64,000 nt of DNA from the human T2T-CHM13v2.0 reference genome, Homo sapiens (GCF_009914755.1 NC_060933.1), one strand, 5' to 3'. Positions 36,899 to 55,269 are shown, counted from the first letter of the stretch. A program made the numbers and translations. Notes: generated from the sequence alone by a model not told the origin.

Positions 36899-38834
36899 GT
36901 AACACAAGTTGTTACTTTTTCACCCTGGGAGTGAGTGCTGCCTTAAATTTTGCACCCTAGGTTTCTCAATCAACTTACCCTAGTCCCAGTCCTGGTAATG
37001 TAGCCAGAGGTCAGACCTAAGCCTTTGGTTCTCTAAATAAAGTGCACTTTTTACCTTAATATGTTGCTTCAGAAGTCGTGGAAAGTCCTTCCTCACTGGC
37101 GGATAGTAGTGTTAAGCGTGTGTTGAGAATTGCAGTTGGAGGCTGGAAAACAAGTGAATTGTTCAAGCCCTTCATAGTTTACAAAGCCATTTAAGAGAAC
37201 AATGGGTTGCAAACAATAGGAGCTTACTGTACATTTAGTGACCTATCCAATATGTGTAATAAACGTGACTCAAGAGGAAGAGTTGGCCAGAAGGGAACTC
37301 TTAAACATTCACAGACAGAAACTTCCTGCACTTTGGGTCTCTCTTTACTGACTGCAAAGGAAACTCAGGACTTCAGAACTGGGTCTATAAAAAGCTGGGC
37401 GACACCGTTTCACCTCCCTGGTCTGCAAGCAGCTCCACCAAGCTTGCTGTGGCATTTATGGGACTGATAACTGCCTCAGAGAAGGCTAAAAAGATCTTAA
37501 GGTGCAGTGGGAAGCAACTGGCAGAGTTCTCGTGAAAACAAATAAAACCTCAGATCTTCCACTGTTAATCTCTTTGCAGTTTGCTTTATTTATAACTGTG
37601 TAAATGTGTTGTAGCAACAACCCTGTTCGTAAACACAGCCACCTCATTGCTTATTAATAAACAGGAAGATATTAATAAACAGCCACCTCTCATTTCAAGG
37701 CAACTTGACATATAGAATTTAGCTAAGAAATAAGGATTGCAGAAGGAGGTTTTGATTTATTACATGCAGTTCCCTGTGTTTGTTTTAAAGGAATTTGGAG
37801 GTGGCCTTGACCCAATTTCGGGGTCCTTGCCAGGGTCAAAGTGGGAAGCCCAGAAGTCAGCCAGCGCCTTGTCGTCCAGGCTCTAAGGAAGCAGTGAGCA
37901 GAGGAGCGGGCACAGGGTGACTTCCAGTGCTTAGGAAACGTTTAAGAAAGCTTGAAAACCTTTTCAGACTTATTTTCTTTCTTTTAGCATACATTATGAA
38001 CCTTCTCCCTCTGCCACTGGGGACATAAAAATAAATGGCACAGTTTCTGCCCCCAAAAGCCCACAGTCTCATGGGAAAGATGGTCCCATAAACAGCAACT
38101 GTAATGCGGGTGATAAGGACCATTCTAAAGTTTGTGGACTAAATACTAGGTGAGCAGAGATGAGATGTTTGATTATGTTGGTCACACTGGGGATAGGGGG
38201 GTGTAGTATGGGGTGAAACTCATGAGAGTTTGAGAAAAGAGAGGACTTTAAAACTGGGAGGGTGAGGGAAGATGTGCTTATGAGTGGGTGTGAGTGTTGG
38301 GGAGAGGGAAGAAAGCTGTCTAGAAAACACAGAACTCTTGAGTTTCACTGAGGTTAGAAAGAGATACTTTCATGGTTGGAATGTGGGAACCAGTTGGAGG
38401 GGCAGGTTGGGGAAAGAGTTTAATTGACCATATCTCATGTCCCTATTGCATCAGTGAGAAAAAACAAACGTGTAGAACATTTAGGTGACCTACTTTGCCT
38501 TCACAAAAATGAGAATGCAAAGAGTCATGGAAAAATGACGCGGAGGAGATGATCTTCTGAGATGCTATGAAGGACAAAGCTTCCTGTTTTCCTTGGAGTA
38601 CAGATGATTTTATAATAGCATGATTTTAGATGTCAGGAGTCAGAAAACATACTACTGAAGGCCTGTCACAGCAAAAACGTTGTGGAGGGCAGGACTTGAA
38701 TGTTAGATGTGGAGGTGCTGGTGTGGGGTGAAACGGGTCCCCGGCTTCTGGCCTCCATTTGTGGTCTTACATAGGATCGTGATTTCTTCACTTTCCATTT
38801 TCAGCAATTTTATTCTGAGATTTTGTTTTGGTGA

Positions 38835-39479
<645 letters not shown>

Positions 39480-39754
39480 TTGGTGATTATTTTCTATCAT
39501 ATATTTATCCATATTCACTTTAGATTTTAGGCTAATAATATTTTTGTTCAAATACATTTTCTACACTTTGCAGGCTGATTTCATTGACCTGAGCTTAACT
39601 TTTCTTTCCTTGGGAAATATAGTTTCATTCTTACCAAGGAATTCAGGGGAAAAATTCTACTTTAGTCTACAAATTCCTACCAGGTTCAAGTAATTTGAGT
39701 ATTTCATGTATCAATTAAAATTCCATTTGCCAGAATTGAGAAATTGAAATATAT

Positions 39755-40063
<309 letters not shown>

Positions 40064-40593
40064 AACAGAAATTGAAATATATGTGCTAAATATTCACCAT
40101 TTGCCAATTGAAATGAGCTGTTTATCTCTCTCTCAATTCTGTTCTGTGCCCAGCACTGCCTGTACTTTCCTTGCTTGCTGGTGTCCAAGGCTATCTGAGG
40201 CAACCACTCCCTCTACTCCCCAACCCACCCATCCCCACCCCACTGATCCCCCAGGCAAATCAACCAAAGATGGTGGAAGCCCCTAGCCTAAGCATTACTA
40301 GGGCTCCTGCTGTCTTTGGTTGGTTTGCTAATTCCTTAAGAGCCCCACCCACATCTTTGTAAACAGTATATTCATTGAATTCTCCTTAATTGCTCTCTTT
40401 GAAAGCATGGTTTCTTGCAGACCCAACTGATGCATTATTTAGGTGTGCTCACAAAGTATATTGAAGATACATATATGATGCTTTGCATTTATGTGCTAAG
40501 CTTATTAAATAAACTGAATTTAGTAGGGTACAATTAGGAAACTGCATTTTTCTTTACATAAAAAATGTATTGCTTGATGACTTGAGATATAGA

Positions 40594-40912
40594 TTTTTTT
40601 GTTTTGTTTTGTTTTGTTAGGTTTTGTTTTTGAGACAGAGTCTCGCTCTGCTGCCCAGGCTGGAGTGCAGTGGCGCAATCTCGGCTCACTGCAAGCTCCT
40701 CCTCTCGGGTTCATGCCATTCTCCTGCTTCGGCCTCCTGAGTAGCTGGGCCTACAGGCGCCCGCCACCACGCCCGGCTAATTTTTTGTATTTTTAGCAGA
40801 GACGGGGTTTCACTGTGTTAGCCAGGATGGTCTCCATCTCCTGACCTAGTGATCTGCCCGCCTCGGCCTCCCAAAGTGCTGGAATTACAGGTGTGAGCCA
40901 CTGTGCCTGGCC
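40594..40912 (-). mobile_element. AluY
   Basis: Y diagnostics; (GTTTT)n tail. Confidence 0.92.
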
Positions 40913-40974
40913 ATGATACAGAAATTTAAAATAGTAATGTAAAACTTTAAAAAGTGTTTCCACAACGAATGTAA

Positions 40975-41353
<379 letters not shown>

Positions 41354-42212
41354 TAGCAAGGTTATTTTTGGATATCAGTAGAGAGTGATGTTTTCAGGTA
41401 CTTGGAAGCCCAGTTCAATCTAAATAAATCTTTCATCCTTCATACAACTTAAGGTTCCTACAACCTCCCACCCTCTGCCCAACACAATCCTGATGCAAAG
41501 CTTGGGTTCAGCAGTGGGAAGGATAGGCAATATCTGTTCTTTTACTTTCCCTTCCTCTCCTGACTCCCCTATACTCCAAGATTGTGGCTCTTGATAAATA
41601 TCTAGTTTAAGAATAAGATACCAGCTTCTGACAAGCACCAGCACTCTATGAGTGATCCACTTAAAAGCCTTCCTCACTTGGCTCAGGCTGAGACCATCCA
41701 TTTATTATCTCTACATAAAAATTCAGCTTTGAAAACTTCCTTCCTAATGAATCTCTAGTTTTCTTTTTTACAGGCTGCTGGAGAGAACTGCAGTGGATAA
41801 GTTTGGCCCCCTCTTAGTAATTCCTGAGAGGGTTTGTCCATGCCTCTGTGGGAGGACTCTGTCACCTGTGTCAACAGCTTTGAGACTGTAGCTAAAATTG
41901 TGAGAGATCAGAAAATGTCTAATCGTACATCCTGTTATGTTTGCATATATTAAAATGCATATTGAAAGAAGCAAACAGGACTATATAAATGGAAGGAAGA
42001 AAGTGAGAAAAAGAAAAGATTATCAACAAAATTGAGCGAAAGAAAAACAAGAGGAAGTGGAGAGAAAAAAAGAACAAGAAAAACTCCTAACTTAGATGTC
42101 TTGAAATGCCTCCTAACATTTTGCTTTGCATTAGTTGACTCTTAGTTTATGGTTGCCTTTGGATATTAAAGCCTAATATTTTATTTGGAAAGAGTCCAAT
42201 ATAGTGAAATAA

Positions 42213-42521
<309 letters not shown>

Positions 42522-42581
42522 TAAGTGATAATTTTAAAATGAAGAAAAGGCATTTAGGAGCCCTGCATTAAATTGCTAAAA

Positions 42582-42889
<308 letters not shown>

Positions 42890-42906
42890 AAAATTATTTT
42901 TTAATT

Positions 42907-43535
42907 GTAGCAGACATTGAAATTATTCTTCTACTACCCATTTCAGTTCCCTTGAGTGACAACCATGATGTTTAGGAGGAGTGGACCTCATATTCAGATC
43001 CAGAAGAGGGACCTGATTTTCTAGATCACTGAGAATAATTCCATTTCCTTGTCATAGGGATTGATACGAATTTAAGTCAATTAGAGGATGGCACTTCCCT
43101 AGCTACAGAAATAGGATCAGAATCTATGGCCATATCACCCTGCGCATGCTTGATCTCAGAAGTTAAACAGGGTTGGGCCTGGGAAGTGCTTGGATGGGAG
43201 AAATAGGATCAGGGTAGTCCAATCAGAGTGAAGCTTGGGACTTCTGTATGGAGGTCCTAAAAACTGGCCTTGGCCTTAGCTCTGTGTTGGATGTGAATGA
43301 GAAACCATCACGAATGCTGTTAGCAGTCATTTTATGAGGCCAGCCTGAGAACAAAGCCAACATTTAGAGGCAGAAAAAACTGAGAGGATTGCAGGAAAAA
43401 TTGAGCCAGAGCCTGGACCAAACCATCCCTGGATCAAGCCATGAAAAGTCCTGTGGACTTTTCAGTTACAGGAGCCAGTAAATTCCCTTAATTGTTTAAG
43501 CCAGTTGAATAGCTTTTCTGTTACTTGACACAGAA
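42907..43535 (+). mobile_element. Old MLT1 (J/K/L-like) LTR hosting the 5S copy
   Basis: ctggatcaagccatg...ggacttttcagttacaggagccagtaaattccctt...gtttaagccagttg. Confidence 0.7.
43122..43201 (+). pseudogene. 5S rRNA tailless retropseudogene (nt ~1-90, 10-nt internal deletion)
   Basis: atctatggccatatcaccctg...agaagttaaacagggttgggcctgggaagtgcttggatgggaga matches 5S; TSD agaaataggatcag at 43107-43120 and 43199-43212. Confidence 0.92.
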
Positions 43536-43914
43536 ATAATCTCAATCGATAGTTCCTTTGTTGTGCTTGAGTAATTTAGGCTTAATTGAAACAAACAGGC
43601 CTCATTAAAAAAGGGTACATTTATAGCTTCAGAATATAAAATACATTTATTGTTTTTGTTATATGCATATTGTAAAGGATCAAAACTAAAGTCCCAAAAG
43701 CCAAACCTCACTGTCTCATTCACAAAGAATATGGGCTATGAAATTTTAAGAAAAGCAAACCATTATAATTAAAGTTGTTTGAAGATAAAGAAAAAATTAT
43801 GGATGAGCCAAAGCTGAAGCAGTTTGAAAGAGCAACAGATATTTTGACAAACTTCTGCCGAGCTAGGCAGAATAGAAATGAAGAAAAATGGATACCAGTT
43901 TAAGATTTGTGGTT

Positions 43915-44100
43915 TGCTCATTACTTTCATGTATATTATCACACTGAATTCTTATAATAAGCCTTTGAGATTGCAATTATCCCCTCCCCCACCCCACCAC
44001 CATTTGTGGAAAGAGGCTCAGAGAGGAAAAGTAATTTTTTCAAGATCATATAGTTATTTAGTATCAGAGGCAGGATTTGAGCACAGATTATGCTCTTTCT
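43915..44100 (-). mobile_element. MIR
   Basis: gaggctcagagaggaaaagtaatttttcaagatcatatag...ggcaggatttga. Confidence 0.65.
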
Positions 44101-44897
44101 ACAAACTTGCTGTTTCCTTATGATATATAGCTGGAAACTCTAGGGGTCCTTAATGCCAGCCAGGGTTGGAACAACTTAGCTGAAACTGTCATCCCCTGGT
44201 TTCGGATGCATGTAGCAGTTGCTCCATGTGCTGGAGGTGCCTTATATTTCAGATCCTAAGCTTTAGCTATTTTGGATATTATTTAATTTACAAACAAGAC
44301 TGGCCTGTTGCCTTGGGAATTGCAATGCAAGGAAAGATTTGGACTCAGTAGTGTTTGCCTGCACATAACCTAACCAAACATAGGCTGCCTTATTCTGATG
44401 CATTGCCTTCTTCTTGTTTTTCTAAAAAGATTCACTAACCCTCTGCCAATATGATAAGTGTTGGGGGAAATGAGTTTCTGAATTGTCATTCTAGGAATTG
44501 CCTTTTGCAGCTGAAACTTCACCACTTAGTTAAGCCCTCCCCTGCCATCTGCTCGGCTCCAAAACTGCTGCAAAGGTTGAGAGGAACTGCTAAAATTACA
44601 AAAAACCATATCTATGATAGAAATTCCATGGCATGAAATCTTCTCATTTTTACATCTTATTGAACACTGGCTTCAGAGGACCATACTCTTAAGATCACCA
44701 AGGATACTGTCTTCAAAGGCAGTCCTTTCATCAACAGACGATTGTTCACAAAAATTCATCTGAACCAACCTCATAGTCCATGCTTGCTCATCTCATCCCC
44801 AGCTCTGGGGCCAATCAAGCCTGAGAGAATTCAAGGAGACCTCAGTCAGTTTTGACAGCTTACTGTTATCTTAGTCTGTTGGTACATATGAAAGTAA

Positions 44898-45356
<459 letters not shown>

Positions 45357-45519
45357 AAGAACTGAAGTTTCTTTTATGATCAGTTCAGTCCATCTAAAGT
45401 CCTGGCGAGGTCTTTCATACTTGCTTCCATGTCTCTCTAACGTTTACTCATTCAATATAAGTGTTTATTAGATAATTTTTGCCAGTGTCAATGCTTGCCA
45501 TGGAGATCCAAAGCGTCGT

Positions 45520-45900
45520 AGGTCATGTTGCCTAGAAACAGAGATTGAGATAGGAATTCTTAGGCAAGTAATTTAGTGAGGGAATGCTGCAAAGGTAGGA
45601 GGGATACAGTATAAGGTAGGGGAAGAAGCAAGGCAATGATGTGATTTGATGGGGCACTATGGAGAGTGAATTATACCCATACAGGTTATTCTCCCCATCA
45701 GCAAAGGTGCTGGGCTGTGATATCCCTGCCACCACCAGTGATTGGCTATGGACCACCCTGAGAGCAGGGATGAGTGAAAGTCCATGCAGACTCTCCAGCT
45801 TCTCCAGGCCAAGTGTATGAGCATGTGTACTGGTGAACACAGCTGTGTGATGACTTTTGTGTGCTCTGGGCACTTTTGCCTTCTAAGGGCTCCTTCCTTC
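45520..45900 (-). mobile_element. Ancient ERVL/MaLR LTR fragment
   Basis: cctagaaacagagattgagataggaattcttaggcaagtaatttagtgaggg resembles an old LTR end. Confidence 0.45.
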
Positions 45901-45932
45901 ATTAAACAATATATTAAAAATTAGGGTGGTGG

Positions 45933-46231
45933 GGCCAGGCACGGTGGCTCATACCAGTAATCCCAGCACTTTGGGAGGCCGAGGTGGGTGGAGCATGAGG
46001 TCAGGAGATGGAGATCATCCTGGCTAACATGATGAAACCCTGTCTCTACTAAAAAAGTACAAAAAACTTAGCCAGGCGTGGTGGCGAACACCTGTAGTCC
46101 CAGCTACTCGGGAAGCTGAGGCAAGAGAATGGCGTGAACGTGGAAGGAGGAGCTTGCAGTGACCCCAGACAGCATCACTGCACTCCAGCCTGGGCTACAG
46201 AGCGAGACTCCGTCACACACACACAAAAAAA
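45933..46231 (+). mobile_element. AluY-like
   Basis: TSD aaaattagggtggtg. Confidence 0.92.
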
Positions 46232-46243
46232 ATTAGGGTGGTG

Positions 46244-46541
46244 GGCTGGGCATGGTGGCTCACACCTGTAATTCCAGCGCTTTGGAGGCCGAGGTGAGCA
46301 CATCACCTGAGGTCAGGAGTTCGAGATCAGCCTGGCCAACATGGTGAATCCCCATCTGTACTAAAAATACAAAATTAGCCAGGAGTGGTGGTGCGAGCCT
46401 GTAATCCCAGCTACTTGGGAGGCTGAGACAGGAGAATTGCTTAACCCAGGAGGCAGAGGTTGCAGTGAACCGAGATAGCACTACTGCACTCCAGCCTGGG
46501 CAATAAGAGTGAAACTCCATCTCAAAAAAAAAAAAAAAAAA
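46244..46541 (+). mobile_element. AluSq-like
   Basis: Shares TSD (aaaattcgggtggtg after tail). Confidence 0.92.
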
Positions 46542-46969
46542 TTCGGGTGGTGATGACCCCAACATTCCATCTGAATGCCTGTGCTGAAACCCAGAGGCTG
46601 TTTCTGAACCACTGCATAAAAAAGCATTAAAATTAAATTTTATGACTGCATTGATATACATATGAATATAATCCAGGTTGGAATATATTTGTTTATTTAT
46701 TTTTAGATTTTGAAAGAGATTAAAACATTTTCATGGGTTTCTAAAAGTATCATGGGAACTTGGCATTGTGCCTACTGTGTGTAATGGATAAACTGACCCT
46801 GTTAGTGAAGTTGGAATCCTGTGGAGAGCCAGCCCTGTGTGGTTCAGGGATGCTGGGGTGCCAAGTGTGTAGCTGGTTCTGTGTCTGGTCTTTGCTTCCA
46901 TTTCCTACCTGCCTGGATTCCAACTAAACCTATTACCTTCTTTTTCTAAAGTCCCTGCTCTACTGAGAC

Positions 46970-47715
<746 letters not shown>

Positions 47716-48197
47716 AAGTATCCCTGCAAAATGTCTTGTTTGAATCTTAGGCCTCTGTGGCTTTGATTATCTCGGCACAGTTGGGCCCAGATTCCTAAAC
47801 TCTTTGCCCGTTACTTTCTAGAGCTTGCTGTCCACTTCCCAGCACAGATATATAATCCTGCAGTACTGAAGAGCAAGCAGAGAATTGCACAGGTCAGAGA
47901 AGTTGCCAAGGTAGCCTTCACCCTACCAGAGTAGCTCCCTTCCTTCATTGCATCACACTTCCTATCAGCAGTGCTGGATGCCAGAAGAAAATGTAACAAT
48001 GTCTTCAAAGTTCCAAAGAAAATTATTTGCTTTTGAAGACAGGAAGAGGAGAGGAAGCGAGGTGCACTTGTTTAATATCTTTCTATTATCCCCAGTTCAG
48101 AAGGAATAGCCATAAATACCTTGTCCATAAAACAAATGTTTTCTAGTTTTTTAGCTATGTTAACAACAACAAAAAAATTGGTTGAGAAATACATGTA

Positions 48198-48546
<349 letters not shown>

Positions 48547-49009
48547 TTACTTGAGAAGAAGGACCATATCTTTTTACTCAATGCTCAGCATCTAGTAGAG
48601 TACCTGGAATATCATAATTTTCCAGTAAATGTTTGCTGAGTGAATTTATCTGCTATTGCATTAATCACCAAGCTTATTTAGCTCAGGTGGGTCACTGGGC
48701 AGATGTCCGGAGTTGCAGCACATGCACAAACCCTGAAGTTGCATCATTTGAATAGGATCTTGCTTTCTTTGGTGAGATGTGTGAATGAATACTTATGTTC
48801 TCCAGGTGGTACCCCCTGGTTTGATCTTGAAAACTCTTGAACAAGTCTTCAAGATCAAATACTCTCCACTTATCTGTTGATACACTTGTCCTTTAGATAT
48901 AGAAATAATTCAGGAATACCAATACAAAGTCAAAATTTGACAAGGGAAAATTTTTGTAAGTGATTTAACATACTTTATTTCTAGTAAGTTTTTGTATATG
49001 AAAAGTAAT

Positions 49010-49573
<564 letters not shown>

Positions 49574-49586
49574 CTAAGGGAGTTTA

Positions 49587-49865
49587 GGCCAGGCGCGGTG
49601 GCTCATGCCTGTAATCTCAGCACTTTGGGAGGCCAAGGCGGGTGGATCATGAGGTCAGGAGATCGAGACCATCCTGGCTAACACGGTGAAATCCCATCTC
49701 TACTAAAAATACAAAAAATTAGCCGGGCATGGTGGCAGACGCCTGTAGTCCCAGCTACTCAGGAGGCTGAGGCAGAAGAAAGGCGTGAACCCGGGAGCCA
49801 AGATCGTGCCACTGCACTCCAGCGTGGGTGACAGAACGAGACTCTGTCTCAAAAAAAAAAAAAAA
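49587..49865 (+). mobile_element. AluY with ~17-nt internal deletion, inside a MER5-like element (~49545-50018)
   Basis: TSD aaatcatctaagggagttta; host has aaaatgcagatt...cacactttgaaaagcactg. Confidence 0.9.
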
Positions 49866-50775
49866 GGAAATCATCTAAGGGAGTTTAACAAAAATGCAGA
49901 TTGTTAGGTTTCACTTCTAGAGAATCAATGAGTCTAAGGCTCAAGAATGTACATCTTTAACTATAACCCCGGTAAGTTGGATCAAGTGGTCCATGAACCA
50001 CACTTTGAAAAGCACTGCTCTGTACTATGAGATGCCAAATACACAGTGTGAATTATTTTGTATCCAACAATATTTTATTCAACACAAGTTTCCACCTTGT
50101 GTATATCTAGCTGTCCCAGCACCATTTATTGTAATGACCATTCTTTCTCCATTGCTGGTAGTTTCATTTTTTGTCGTAAATCAAGTGTCCATATGTACTC
50201 AAGTTCTAGGCATGACTCTCCTATTTTATTCTCTCTATATAATCCCTATCATCATCCATTGTAAACACACTTTGAGAAATTCTTCTGTGGATCAAAGGGC
50301 AAGAAACCTTGGAACACCCCATGAATCATTTTATGAGTGGGCATAATATCAGTAAAATTTAGAGATGGTCATTTAGAAAGCAGTGCCCAGCATTTCCTGG
50401 AATCCTCATTTAAATATATCCATATGATCTACCAAATACAATTTCTGATGTTTTCAGAAATCTGTATATAGTTCAGTAACACCCAGGAACTACTCTTTTT
50501 CCCCTCTCTATTTTCATTGCTTTCCTTCCCCAAAACCTCCTTTGCCAAATCAGTAGTACAACATTTTGGAAAACAAGTCCTCTTTTATTAAGAGCACCTT
50601 ATCTGACATTCAAATGTCATCAGGAAAGAAAGACAAAATATAGACTTAGTTATTTATCTCTCAGCTGTTCTACCTTTGAACAAAGTTTTCTCCTCCCAGC
50701 AATTTGCTACTGCCTCAAATAGGGTGCCTGTTGTAAATGTAGCTTGATTGAGTTAGATTTAAAAATGAGAAAAAA

Positions 50776-51102
<327 letters not shown>

Positions 51103-51202
51103 TTATACATACTTGCCTGCTGGAAAAAGAGACTTCTGTTTAAATGTAGTTTAATACCAGCAAAGTAATTTTGGTCAAGCAAGCTCTTAAAAACAACTTT
51201 TA

Positions 51203-51515
51203 GGCCAGGCACGGTTGCTCACGCCTGTAATCCCAGTACTTTGGGAGGCCGAGGCTGGCGGATCATGAGGTCAGGAGTTCAAGACCAGCCTGGCCAAGAT
51301 GGTGAAACCCTGTCTCCACTAAAAATACAAAGCTTAGCCGGGCGTGGTGGTGAGCGCTTGTAATCTCAGCTACTTGGGAGGCCGAGACAGAGAAATGCTT
51401 GAACCCAGGAGGCAGTGGTTGAGCCGAGATCTTGCTACTGCACTTCAGCCTGGGCGACAGAGTGACACTCCATCTCAAAAAAAACAAAACAACAACAACA
51501 AAAACAAAACAAAAA
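51203..51515 (+). mobile_element. AluSg-like
   Basis: Dimer, (CAA)/(CAAAA) tail. Confidence 0.92.
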
Positions 51516-52196
51516 ACCCTTATTTTTATAGTATTATATAAAACAAGTTAAAAAGATTGCATTTGTGATGAATCACAGGTTAGGAAACTGAGGAACACAG
51601 CTGTGAAATTACTTAGCTAAAACCATGAAGGAAATTGTATAAACAACACGAGATTTTACTGCATTGCTTTTCAGTGAGTTCTGAGGTTGGAGGCAGTCAC
51701 CCAGCTGGATTCCCAGGGAGGGCAGCAGCTTTCCATTAGAAATGGTTCAGGCTTGCAATACCCAGTTTCCATTTATATCTGTAGTTGTGGATAGTCAAGT
51801 GGTGACCCAGCTGGTCACAGGAAAAGTGTGTGGGCTAAATGAAGGGTTGCTATTCGCATGATTACGGTATCACCACCTCCAATTCTGAACAGCACAGAAT
51901 TTTTCAACAGCACAGAAAGGGACTTTTTGTTTTTTTCTTCAGTATATGGGGTGTGATGGCCTCAGAATGAGCCATGTTATGTGGTATATACCATTTCTCC
52001 ATTCTCTGTCAGTAAGAAGCCCAACAACTAAGTGTGGAAAGAATTTCAATTATTCTGTAGCCAACTGCCCAGCATGTGGGACCTCAACTGATGAACTGAT
52101 GATCAACTGGGGAGAAGCAAACAGGTTTGGAGACCTAAGAAGTCACCCATAGCTACCATGCTAAGATGTGCATGGGCCCTCCACTTTCTGCTCTGA

Positions 52197-52511
<315 letters not shown>

Positions 52512-53987
52512 CTTCTCTACCTTTTGAGCATAATTGGCTGAAAATTTCCTCCAGTAGTGTGCATAATTATCCCAATGACCAGTACTTTCTCTGTGCTAGT
52601 CTAGTCATATTTTATTGTCATATTGGAAATAAAGGTCATTATGTTAATGGTTGAAGTGGATGTTTTGGGTAGCCATCATCCCTGATGGGGGAGTGGGCAG
52701 TGCTGGGGAACAGGATGGTGAGTCATATCTGTAAGAGAAAAGGGAATTCCCTTTGAACATATTTCTCAAGCTTCTCTGATAATACGGGTTACCTGCAGTG
52801 TTGGTTAGACATACAGATTTCCAGGCTTTTCCTTTGGGGATGCTCATTAAGATTGAGATATGTCCCTGGAATATGTATTTTTAATAACCATGTGATTTTT
52901 GTCATTAGAGAAGTGTGGGAAGCACTACCCTATGTAGTATGATTTTGAAAAAGTGGTCAGAGACTGGGAGTCCCTGATTCCCAAATATCCACCATCATTG
53001 CCTTAGAATATTTCTCTCTTTCTTACCACTTTCTCAAACCTCTATTGTCTACCTCCCACTAATTACCACTCAGTCCCACCTGGTTGTCTTATTCTTACCT
53101 CAAATTTATCGTGTCCTCATCATTTCACCTCTGTCAACAATTTCCATTCCATTTCAAGTCATACCCATTCTACACACTGAGTCATAGTGGCACCAAGTGA
53201 TTTGCTATTCCACCCTATATCATGCTCTTCAAACCTTTTTACGTTTCCACGTTGCATTTTCTGCATACACTGCCTTCTCTCACTATTCAGCCCATTGCAC
53301 TTCTGTTTCTTCTTCAAGAGTTCATACATCATTTCCCTAGGGAAAGCTGGCTAACCATATGCAGAAAGATGAAACTGGACCCCTACCTATCACCATAGAC
53401 AAAAATTAACTCAAGATGGATTAAAGATAAATGTAAGACCTCAAACTATAAAGTTTCTAGAATAAGATCTAAGAAATCCCCTCTGGACATCAGCCTTGGC
53501 AAAGAATTTATGACCAAGTCCTCAAAAGCAATTGCAGCAAAAATAAAAATTGACAATTGAGACCAAATTAAACTAAAGAGCTTCTGCCAGAAAAAAAGAA
53601 AAAGAAAAAGAAAAAAAAAACTATCAAAAGAGTAAATAGACAACTGACAGAATGGCAGAAAATTCTCAAACTATGCATCTAATAAAGGATTAATATCCAG
53701 AATCTATAAGGAACTTAAATCAACACACAAAAAAGCATAACACCATTAAAAAGTAGGCAAAGGACATGGACAGACACTTCTCAAAAGAAGACATACAAAT
53801 GGCCAACAAAAGTACAAAAAAATGCTCAGCATCACTAATCATCAGAGAGATTCAAATCAAAACCACAATGAGATACCATCTCACATCAGGCAGAATGACT
53901 ATTACTAAAAAGTAAAAACATAACAGATGCCGTCAAGGCTGTGGGGAAAAGGGAATGCTTATCCACTGTTGGTGGGAATATAAATTA

Positions 53988-54066
53988 TAGGTTAGTGCAA
54001 AAGTAACTGCAGTTATTGCCATTAAAAGCAATGGCAAAAACCTCAGTTACTTTTGCACCAACCTAA
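53988..54066. mobile_element. MADE1 (Hsmar1-derived MITE), full-length hairpin
   Basis: 36-bp arms pairing 32/36, 6-nt loop, TA target duplication. Confidence 0.93.
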
Positions 54067-54286
54067 TAGTTAAGCCACTGTGGAATTAATTTGGAGATTT
54101 GTCAAAGACCTAAAAGTAGAGCTATCATTTGACCCAGCAATCTAATCACTGGGTATATACCCAGAGGAAAATAAATCATTCTACTAAAAAGACACATGCA
54201 CTCATATATTCATTGCAGCACTATTCATAATAACAAAAACCTGGAATCAACGTAGGTGTCCATCAGTGGTGGACTGGATAAACAAA

Positions 54287-54600
<314 letters not shown>

Positions 54601-55269
54601 CTATGCAGCCATAAAAAGAAGAAAATCAAGTTCTTTGCAGCAACGTGGATGCAGCTGGAGGCCATTATCCTAAGTGAATTAACACAGAAACAGAAATCCA
54701 AATGCTGCAGGTTCTTACCTGTAAGAGGGAGCTGAACACTGGGTACTCATGGACATCAAGATGGGAGCAATAGACACTGGGGACTCCACAAGGAGGGTGG
54801 AAGGGATGGGGAAAGGGCTGAAAAACTTCCTGTTGGTTACTATGTTCACTCTCTGGGTGACGGGATCATTTATACCCCACACCTCAGCATCAAGTAATAT
54901 ACCCATGTAACAAAGCAGCACATGTACCCACTGAATCGAAAATAAAAAATGGAAAACAAAAAATAAATAAAACTAAAATAAAGTAAAAGGAAATCTTCTG
55001 TAGCTCCTCCAGGAGGAGTTAATTCTTGCCTCTATCTTCTGACACTTTGGATTTCTGTTGTCTAGAATGCAGGGTGCATTGTAATTATTTGTTTTCTTGT
55101 CTGTCTCTCTCAGTAGGCAGCATGCGTAGGGACAATGCCTTTATCTTTATATTCCAGTGCCTAGCAGAGTATACAGTGGGAATTTTAGAGATATTTGCTG
55201 AGCAAACTTTAGACTTTTAATAACTTTATTAAATGTTACTATCCAATAAAAAGATATGGGTTAATTTTA

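Noticed and set aside
43122-43201. Functional 5S rRNA gene
   Set aside because: 3'-truncated, internally deleted, CpG-decayed and flanked by a TSD.
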